Part shown: positions 57,049 through 64,000 of the stretch, one piece after another
How positions within the stretch are numbered: position 1 is the stretch's first letter
Layout of the letters: each line of letters opens with the position of its first letter
Source of the DNA: an uncultured Spirochaetota bacterium
GTDB taxonomy: Bacteria > Spirochaetota > Spirochaetia > SZUA-6 > Fen-1364
NCBI GenBank assembly: GCA_963781885.1
Contig: CAWAHW010000005.1
Span: 160,001-224,000 of the forward strand
Reading direction: 5' to 3'
Length of the DNA: 64,000 nucleotides
Translations under genes and position numbers: made by a program
Notes under the pieces: model-generated
The model's database searches: none
What the model saw: only the letters and a program-made list of their open reading frames with translations
Told to the model about the DNA's origin: nothing

Positions 57049-59517
57049 CTACTCCTCCAGCATGTCGGAGATCAGGTGATAGAGCCGGGCGGCGGTCTCC
57101 TTGTTTTCCGCCGACAGCATTTCACCGGGCTCATCGGCAAGACGTTCCAGGCTCGCAAGCGTCTCCGTCCGCGCCGTGAGGAGGCTCTTTTCCGACTTGA
57201 ACCAGTAGTTGCCCTTCCAGTCCGTGTACAGGGTGAGGAAACCCAGGGACCGGGCCTTTTTCTGCAGCGGGCAGAGACAGAGGAGGCGCGGCAGGTTCGC
57301 GCAGATCTCCCTTCCCTGCGATGCAAACGGGTAGGTCTTTCCCTGCGGCCAGCTCTCCCAGACGCCTTCCTCCGTATGGATGTACGGCGCCAGTGACAAC
57401 ACGACTCCCAGCTTCATGCCGGAAAGTATTTCCCTGCCCTCCCAGAGGATCGTGCCCCGCATGTTCTTGTGGGCGGGAAGACTGGACGGGGAAATCTCCT
57501 TGAGCAAGGGGCGAAGCTTCTGCCAGTCCAGCGAGACGAGCTTCCGGCCGCCTTTGATCGTTTTGATCGGGAACGCCTGGCCGCCGATCTTTATCTGGTT
57601 CGTGAAGTCGCGCGGCTTCTCCTTCTCCTCCACGGGTGCGGCGCCCTTCACGAATGCGCTCTGCAGAAGCGGAGAGATGCGCCCCAGCATGGGCTTCTTC
57701 AGCGGCGAGACCGAGCGCGCGTACATGCGCGACGTCCGCACGATCTCTCCTGCCACGATGTAGGGCGGATTCTCGCGGAACATCAGCGATCCCGGGTGAA
57801 TCTGGATGCGGTCAGCAGTGAGGCTGCGATAGATTCCCTTGCCCGTCCGCTCGCAGACGAACTGGATGAGCCCGCGGGAGACGGCGCAGAGGAAGTCGTC
57901 CCAGGGGCCGCCGGAGCCTATGGGCACGCCGATGGCGCTCACGATCTCTTCGAGCTGGCCCTTGATGTTGGCGATCTCGTTCATGGTCCGCAGGTCGAGG
58001 TAATGCGTGTCGCAGAACCGGGCGCGGTTGCCCGAGCGCATGAATGCCTCGAATATGCGCTGGTAGGAGACGAAGTCCCCCAGCGGGTCGTGGAATGTAT
58101 GGTGGGCGCGCCGTGCCTCCAGCTCTTCTCCCGCGGGAAGGAGAAAGGGAGAGTTCACGGAAAGGAACGTGGCGGCGATGATGACTTCCTCGATGACGGA
58201 GGGATACGCCCGGATGGCCTCCACGATCATGCGCGCGTGCTTGGGCAGGATGGGGAAGGTGCACATCATCCGGCCGGTCTCCGTGAGGAGGCGCTCGTCG
58301 TCCAGCGCGTCCAGGAGCTTCAGGGTCTCCACCGCGGAGCGGATGCCGTCCTGGCCCGGGGGAGAGAGAAAATCGAACGATTCGAAGTCCTGGATGCCGA
58401 GCTCCGCCATGCGGAGCACCACCTCCGAGAGATCGGTGCGGAGGATCTCCTCCATGGTGTACTGGGGGCGCGCCTCCAGGTCCTTCCGCGTGTAGAGACG
58501 GTAGCAGACGCCGGGCGCGGTGCGTCCGGCCCGGCCGCGGCGCTGGTTGCACGACGCCTTGGACACCGGCACCTCGATGAGCGATTCGGTGAACGTGCGC
58601 GGGCTGTAGAAGTTCACCTTGCCCAGGCCCGTGTCGATGACGTGCACAACGCCGTCGATCGTGATGCTCGTCTCGGCGATGTTCGTGGCGACGATCACCT
58701 TGCGCTTGCCGGGGTACTCGTCGAAGACCTTCGCCTGGTCCTCGTGCGAAAGCCTGCCGTACAGCGGGAGCAGGGCAAGCTCCTGTTCCCTGTCCATGTC
58801 GGCGAGCATCTTGATGCAATCCTTGATGGCGAGCTCCCCGGGCAGGAAGATGAGGATGTCGCCCTGCTGCTTTTTCTTCATGACGCCGATGACGATGTCG
58901 AGGATGCGCGCCTGGAGGCTCTCCGTGTCGCCTTCCACCTCGGGCGGCGCGTAGACGAGCTCCACCGGGTACATGGGCGCCTCGATGCTCACGACGGGGC
59001 AGCCGTCGAAGTATTCCGAGAAGACCTCGACATTGATGGTCGCCGAAGAGACGATGACGCGGAACTCGGGGCGCGCCGCCAGGATCCCCTTCAGCATGCC
59101 CAGGATGAAGTCGATGTTGAGGCTGCGCTCGTGCGCCTCGTCGACCATGAGCACGCTGTAGCGCGAGAGGAGGCGGTCGCTCTTCAGCTCTTGGAGAAGG
59201 ATGCCGTCCGTCATGATCTTGATCACCGTCTCCAGGGAGGTCTTGTCCTCGAAACGCATCGTATAGCCGACGATCCGCGGGATCTCCGTCTTGATCTGAC
59301 GCGCGATGAACTCGGAAACGGAGACGGCGGCGATGCGGCGCGGCTGGGTGACGCCCACCACGCCGTTGCGGGTGTAGCCCGCCTCGTGGAGGATGAGCGG
59401 GATCTGCGTCGTCTTGCCCGAGCCCGTCGGGCTTTCCACGACGATGACCTGGTGGCTCGCCAGGGCCGCCAGGATCTTTTCACGCTGCTCGTAGACCGGC
59501 AGCTTGTAGGGATTCAT
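57049..59517 (-). CDS. hrpA: DEAH-box ATP-dependent RNA helicase HrpA
   Basis: SPTGSGKTTQ, TQPRRIAA, DEAH, SAT, TNIAETSITI, QRRGRAGR. Confidence 0.93.
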   Translation of the reverse strand: MNPYKLPVYEQREKILAALASHQVIVVESPTGSGKTTQIPLILHEAGYTRNGVVGVTQPRRIAAVSVSEFIARQIKTEIPRIVGYTMRFEDKTSLETVIKIMTDGILLQELKSDRLLSRYSVLMVDEAHERSLNIDFILGMLKGILAARPEFRVIVSSATINVEVFSEYFDGCPVVSIEAPMYPVELVYAPPEVEGDTESLQARILDIVIGVMKKKQQGDILIFLPGELAIKDCIKMLADMDREQELALLPLYGRLSHEDQAKVFDEYPGKRKVIVATNIAETSITIDGVVHVIDTGLGKVNFYSPRTFTESLIEVPVSKASCNQRRGRAGRTAPGVCYRLYTRKDLEARPQYTMEEILRTDLSEVVLRMAELGIQDFESFDFLSPPGQDGIRSAVETLKLLDALDDERLLTETGRMMCTFPILPKHARMIVEAIRAYPSVIEEVIIAATFLSVNSPFLLPAGEELEARRAHHTFHDPLGDFVSYQRIFEAFMRSGNRARFCDTHYLDLRTMNEIANIKGQLEEIVSAIGVPIGSGGPWDDFLCAVSRGLIQFVCERTGKGIYRSLTADRIQIHPGSLMFRENPPYIVAGEIVRTSRMYARSVSPLKKPMLGRISPLLQSAFVKGAAPVEEKEKPRDFTNQIKIGGQAFPIKTIKGGRKLVSLDWQKLRPLLKEISPSSLPAHKNMRGTILWEGREILSGMKLGVVLSLAPYIHTEEGVWESWPQGKTYPFASQGREICANLPRLLCLCPLQKKARSLGFLTLYTDWKGNYWFKSEKSLLTARTETLASLERLADEPGEMLSAENKETAARLYHLISDMLEE

Positions 59518-59653
59518 CCTATTTTCACCTCACTCTTGTCCGGAAGCGTGCCGGCGCGTTACACTATACCCGGTAGGGAGGAGGACGCCAATCCTTACGC
59601 CGGGCAAAAAGGGAGCGCGCGCCGAACGCTTCGACCAGGAGGTCGCGGCATTC

Positions 59654-60730
59654 GTGCGGACCGTCCCGCTCATGGTGCCCCGCGAGATCGAAGCGCATGT
59701 GGCGGCATGCGGATACGTGGGGCAGGAGAAAGCCGTGCGCGCGATCTCCCTGGGCGCCTACCGTCACGTGAGCCGCCTGCGCCGCATCTGGCTGGAAGGC
59801 GCGCGCCGCGAAGAGCTGCCGCCCAAGACCACGATGCTTTTCGTCGGGCCCACCGGCTGCGGCAAGACCTATCTTGTCGAAATCCTTTTCCGCGACATCC
59901 TGCGGCTTCCCACCGTGGTCATCGACATGACGGGCTTCTCTGAGACCGGCTACGTCGGACAGGACGTCAATTCCATCCTGACGCGGCTTCTCTATGCCGC
60001 CGACATGAGTCTGGCATACGCGGCAACCGGCATCGTCTGTCTCGATGAGTTCGACAAGCTCGCGTCGGGCCAGAACAGCGCGGTATTCTCCGGCGCCGGC
60101 ACGACCAAGGACGTCTCGGGTCTCGGCGTGCAGCGGGAGCTCCTGAAGATGCTGGAAGCAATAGAAATTCCCGTGCCGCTGGAGTACACCCATTCCGACT
60201 ATGCGCCCAAGGCGGTCATGTCGACGCAGGACGTGGGCTTCGTCGCCTGCGGGGCATTCTCCGGTCTCAAGGGCATGATCGAGCAGAGGGGGGAGGAGCA
60301 CATCGGTTTCGGCCGCACCCCCCTGTCGGGAGAGCAGGAGCGCATCGCGGTCACCTACTCGGAGGATGATGTGATGCTCGCGCGCAACTTCATGAGCTAC
60401 GGCTTCCTCCCGGAGCTGATCGGCAGGTTCCGCCGCATCGTGCCGTTCGGCGCGCTGAGCCGCGAGCAGCTCTCCCAGATCCTCCGCAGCACGCTTCTCG
60501 TGCAGTACGTCAATGAGTTCCAGCTCGAAGGCAAGGAGCTGGTGGTGGAGGAGGGCGTGCTCGACCGCGTCGTGGAGGAGAGCCTCCGCAAGGAGACCGG
60601 CGCGCGGGCGCTCGAAGCCAGCCTCATGCGCTACCTCGAAGAGGCGGCATTCGAGGCTTTCTCCGAGCCGTCGCTTCGCCGCGTCGCTCTCACCCTGAAA
60701 GAAGACAGGATTGTCCACGATATCTCCTGA
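59654..60730 (+). CDS. ClpX-like AAA+ unfoldase lacking the zinc-binding domain
   Basis: GPTGCGKT, GYVG, LDEFDK, DVSGLGVQRELLKMLE, IGF loop, PELIGR, TGARAL; start may lie upstream at 59585. Confidence 0.85.
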   Translation: MRTVPLMVPREIEAHVAACGYVGQEKAVRAISLGAYRHVSRLRRIWLEGARREELPPKTTMLFVGPTGCGKTYLVEILFRDILRLPTVVIDMTGFSETGYVGQDVNSILTRLLYAADMSLAYAATGIVCLDEFDKLASGQNSAVFSGAGTTKDVSGLGVQRELLKMLEAIEIPVPLEYTHSDYAPKAVMSTQDVGFVACGAFSGLKGMIEQRGEEHIGFGRTPLSGEQERIAVTYSEDDVMLARNFMSYGFLPELIGRFRRIVPFGALSREQLSQILRSTLLVQYVNEFQLEGKELVVEEGVLDRVVEESLRKETGARALEASLMRYLEEAAFEAFSEPSLRRVALTLKEDRIVHDIS

Positions 60731-61583
60731 GCGGATCGTCGGGGCGGAAATCATGCGGCTCGTGGAGGAGCAGGTCGCCATGGGGCCCCGTGCGCCGGGC
60801 AGCGATGCGCACGAGCGGTGCGCCGCGATGCTGGAGGAGAGACTGCGCGCCCACACGGACGCCGTCACGCGGCAGGGCTTTTCCGTGAGCTTCCGCGGCG
60901 CGCAGGTGGACTGCACGAATGTCGTCGGGATCTTTGCCGCCGACGGGGCGGGACCGGCGCTCCCGCCTCTTCTCCTGGGCGCGCACTACGACACGCGCAT
61001 ACGAGCGGACCGCGAGGAGAATCCTGCAAGACGCGCGCTGCCCATTGCCGGTGCCAACGACGGAGGCTCCGGGACGGCGGTGCTCCTGCACCTGCTCCCC
61101 CGGCTTGCGCAGGCCGCTCTCCCGCGCGACGTGGTGGTTGCATTCTTCGACGCGGAGGACATGGGGAACATCGACGGCAAGGAGTTCGCGCTGGGGTCGA
61201 CGTGGCTTGCCGATCACCCGGTCGGCGGCTGCGTGCCGGCGGAGGCCATCGTGCTGGACATGGTCGGCGGCAGGGACATGGTGCTCGACGTCGACGCGTC
61301 CATCCTCGGCCATGCGCCCAGCCGGCAGCTCACGACGAGCCTTTTCCGCATTGGCATGGACAATGGGTGGGAGCCGTTCACCCGGGAGAAGAACAACAAG
61401 GTGAAGTACATCATCGCGGACCACAGCCCATTTGCGCGCCGGGGAACCGCGTCGGCCATCCTTATCGACATCGACTATCCCGAGTGGCACACCCTCGGGG
61501 ACCTGCCCGCGGCGATGTCCGCCGGGTCGCTCGCCATCACCGAAGAAGCTCTCTGGCTTTATCTATCGCGGCAGCCAGACTGA
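60711..61583 (+). CDS. M28-family peptidase (glutaminyl-cyclase-like)
   Basis: GAHYD, GANDGGSG, FFDAED, LDM, DH, WHT motifs. Confidence 0.85.
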   Translation: MSTISPERIVGAEIMRLVEEQVAMGPRAPGSDAHERCAAMLEERLRAHTDAVTRQGFSVSFRGAQVDCTNVVGIFAADGAGPALPPLLLGAHYDTRIRADREENPARRALPIAGANDGGSGTAVLLHLLPRLAQAALPRDVVVAFFDAEDMGNIDGKEFALGSTWLADHPVGGCVPAEAIVLDMVGGRDMVLDVDASILGHAPSRQLTTSLFRIGMDNGWEPFTREKNNKVKYIIADHSPFARRGTASAILIDIDYPEWHTLGDLPAAMSAGSLAITEEALWLYLSRQPD

Positions 61584-62844
61584 GCCCGTCGTAGCTCTGC
61601 CGGGACCGCAGGTCCTTCAGGCCGACAATGCCCCCGGCCATCTCGGCGCTCCCGCAGACAAGCGCAAGGGGTATCGCCCTTTTCTCCGCGTACGCGAACT
61701 GCACCGCGAGCTTCTTCTGCTCGGGATAGACCTCGGCCGGGATGCCCGCGGCCCGCAGGGACCGCGCGAACGAATGATAGGTGCCGACGAGCGAAGGCTC
61801 GATGAGAAGCACGAGGACCGAGGACCCCGTTCCGGTTCCCCGGGAAAGACCCAGCTCTTCCATGGCGGCCATGAGCCTGTCGATGCCGATGGAAGCCCCG
61901 ACGCCCGGCAGATTCTGCCGGGTGTAGAGCGACGCCAGGTCATTGTACCTGCCCCCCGAGCAGACAGAGCCGATGTCGGGCAGGTCGGTGAGGAACGTCT
62001 CGAAGACGATGCCGGTATAGTAGTCCAGCCCGCGCGTGATTGAAGGATCGAGCGTGAAGGAATCCGCGACGCCGAGGTCTTCCTGCGCCTTGCGCAGGTC
62101 GGAAAGCCGTACGATGCCGTCGTTGTCCGCGCCGACCGCCCGCCGCATCTTTTCCAGCGTCGCCTCCTGGCTCGCCTCCAGGCGCGTGAAATCCACGATG
62201 CGTGCGGCGTTCTGCTCGCCGGCTATGTCGGCAAGCAGCGCGCGCGTCTTTTCTTCCCCAATCTTTCTTTGCTTGTCGATGGCCCTGAGAAGCTCGACGG
62301 ATTTCCCTTCCAGCCCCAACCGGGCAAGGTAGGCGTTGAAGACCCCGCGGTGCGCGTACCGGATGGACGATTTTTCCATGCCGAGCGACGTCATGCTTTC
62401 CTTCATGAGGAGGAGTATCTCCAGGTCCGCCGAGGCGGAGTCGGTGCCGACCACGTCGAAATCGACCTGCATGAACTCGCGGTAGCGGCCGCGCTGGGTG
62501 TTCTCCCCGCGCCATACCTTTGCCGCGTGCCAACGGCGGAAGGGCAGGCCGACCTCGGCGAGATGCGCCGCCATGAAGCGGGCAAAGGGGACGGTCAGAT
62601 CGAAGCGCATCGCCACGTCGCGGCCGCCATGATCCGTGAACCGGTAGACCTCCTTGTCCGTCTCGCCGCCGCCCTTGCCGAGCAGCACCTCCGCGAACTC
62701 GAGCACCGGTGTGTCGATGGGCACGAAGCCGAAGCCCGCGAATACTTTTTCCAGCTTCCGCACGATCGCGATGCGCTGCAGCTCCTTGTCGGGAAGGAAA
62801 TCGCGAAAGCCCTTGGGGATGCGCGGCTCGATGAGGTCGTTCAT
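61537..62844 (-). CDS. hisS: Histidyl-tRNA synthetase
   Basis: PKGFRDF, RFDLTVP, RGENTQRGRYREFMQ, RGLDYYTG, GGRYNDL, GIDRL. Confidence 0.97.
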   Translation of the reverse strand: MNDLIEPRIPKGFRDFLPDKELQRIAIVRKLEKVFAGFGFVPIDTPVLEFAEVLLGKGGGETDKEVYRFTDHGGRDVAMRFDLTVPFARFMAAHLAEVGLPFRRWHAAKVWRGENTQRGRYREFMQVDFDVVGTDSASADLEILLLMKESMTSLGMEKSSIRYAHRGVFNAYLARLGLEGKSVELLRAIDKQRKIGEEKTRALLADIAGEQNAARIVDFTRLEASQEATLEKMRRAVGADNDGIVRLSDLRKAQEDLGVADSFTLDPSITRGLDYYTGIVFETFLTDLPDIGSVCSGGRYNDLASLYTRQNLPGVGASIGIDRLMAAMEELGLSRGTGTGSSVLVLLIEPSLVGTYHSFARSLRAAGIPAEVYPEQKKLAVQFAYAEKRAIPLALVCGSAEMAGGIVGLKDLRSRQSYDGLSLAAAIDKARELLR

Positions 62845-62914
62845 CCTGGAAGTAAATGCGCCGTCGGGGGACCTGTCAATGGCTCCGGCGGGAGCGGGGC
62901 GGGCCGCCTGCTTC

Positions 62915-62942
62915 TTGACATTCCCCGTCAACGGGATAGGAT
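62915..62942 (+). promoter_or_regulatory. Sigma70 promoter for pcnB
   Basis: TTGACA-16-TAGGAT. Confidence 0.55.
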
Positions 62943-62970
62943 GTGGGCAGCAACATATTGGGACCGCACA

Positions 62971-64000
62971 TTGCTTTTCAGATACGGAAAAACATCAAAC
63001 GGCACCATCGAAAAAAAGGCCCACATCTACACGCCTGACGAGCACGGCATAGATCCGCGCCTTGTCGGCGCCGACGCCGTTCTGGGTGATCCGCGGGCTG
63101 CGGAAGGAAGGCTTCCAGGCCTACGTGGTCGGCGGGGCCGTGCGCGACTTGCTCGTCGGGCGCACGCCGAACGATTTCGACATCGCCACGAATGCGCACC
63201 CCCAGCAGATCAAGCGGATATTCCGCTCGGCGCGCATCATCGGCCGCAGGTTCCGTCTCGTTCACGTGTACAGCGGCAGGGACACGTACATCGAAGTGAG
63301 CACGTTCCGCTCCCACAGCCCGGTGGCGGAAGACGGAATGCCGCTGCCGGAGGATGCCAACAACCACTTCGGCACGATGGAAGAGGATTCGCAGAGACGG
63401 GACTTCACGGTGAATGCCCTCTACTACTGCCCCATCGACGGGCAGTTGATCGACTACGTGGGCGGCTACGAGGACATCCGCCAGAAGAGGCTGCGCACCC
63501 TGGCGAAGGCGGAAGCGTCGTTCGTGGAAGACCCCGTGCGCATGATCCGGGCGGTGAAGTACGCGAGCCTTCTCGATTTCCCCATCCCGCTTCCCATGGC
63601 CGGGCTCATTCGCCGGCTGCGCGAATCGCTTCTCACCTGCTCGCGCGAGCGGGTCACCGAGGAGGTGTTCAAGATCCTCACCTCGGGGGCATCGGCGACG
63701 ATCCTGGAAAATGCGCACAGGCTTCGTCTCTTTGAGATCATCCTCCCCGCGCACGAGCGGAAGCTGATGGAGAGCCGCGCGCGCTTCGCGGAGACGGCAT
63801 TCGGGATCAAGCTTGCGGAGCTCGACGCGCGCACGGCGCAGGGCGTCAGCCTGGACAGGGGCGACATGTTCGCCTTTCTCTTTGCCGACCTTGCGCGGGA
63901 GCGCGCCGAGCTCTTTGCCGGCGATGAGCCGGACCTGCTCGTGCAGCGATTCATCCGCAGCGAATCGGCGCCGCTTTTTCCGTCGAAAAAGGACCTCGCG
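62971..64000 (+). CDS. pcnB: Poly(A) polymerase I (partial; frameshift near 63070)
   Basis: YVVGGAVRDLL, DFDIAT, PAP signature IIGRRFRLVHV, EVSTFR, RRDFTVNAL, EDPVRMIRA. Confidence 0.9.

Noticed and set aside
57469-59943. Long antisense or alternate-frame ORFs (for example 57469..59943+, 27596..29806+, 44670..46496+, 52313..54013+, 37539..39050-)
   Set aside because: Shadow ORFs opposite well-supported genes, expected in high-GC DNA; they show no recognisable motifs.
61537-61583. 47-bp convergent overlap of the M28 gene and hisS
   Set aside because: Short 3' overlaps are common in compact GC-rich genomes; nothing indicates a regulatory role.
2433-63100. Many frameshifts (Mo enzyme x3, FAD subunit, ABC ATPase, FecR-barrel, TPR x2, aroA, pcnB, extra T in the tRNA) read as pseudogenes or programmed frameshifting
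   Set aside because: They hit housekeeping and accessory genes alike, often in GC dinucleotide or homopolymer runs, and both flanks stay intact with no other decay. Long-read indel error is the simplest explanation; read mapping would settle it.
1-64000. CRISPR arrays, rRNA, intact IS elements or prophage genes
   Set aside because: No regularly spaced repeats, rRNA-like tracts, transposases or phage structural genes were seen by eye.

Overview
GC-rich chromosomal window. Gene content and order (HrpA-type helicase, HisS, MutL, PilZ-type and FlhG/MinD-like proteins, many TPR proteins and lipoproteins, beta-barrel-like hypotheticals) suggest a free-living Spirochaetota genome; this assignment is an inference. 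Single-base frameshifts in about nine genes, including housekeeping ones (aroA, pcnB, a tRNA T-loop), suggest an unpolished long-read assembly. From left to right: a membrane class III nucleotide cyclase; an mttB-family methyltransferase plus molybdo-flavo hydroxylase operon, divergent from an osmoprotectant ABC importer; a candidate ncRNA and tRNA-Pro(CGG), followed by a decayed integrase islet with a YafQ-type toxin-antitoxin pair; an ApbE/FMN-binding/RnfD-FNR flavinylation module with a two-component system; core genes; a pore-less voltage-sensor-HAMP membrane protein; three predicted outer-membrane proteins (a 1646-aa protein with SprA-like motifs and two paralogous barrels, one fused to FecR); mutL, TPR proteins, ACP, a phosphoesterase/ParB-like pair, gcvH and PBP1A; a candidate anti-SD sRNA; an MCE operon; aroA, aroB, hrpA, a zinc-finger-less ClpX paralog with an M28 peptidase, hisS and pcnB. 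The best candidates for undescribed biology are the SprA-like outer-membrane cluster, the voltage-sensor receptor, the MttB/Mo-hydroxylase catabolic locus, two ncRNAs and recurrent leaderless promoters. All family calls come from motif recognition by eye; no searches were run.
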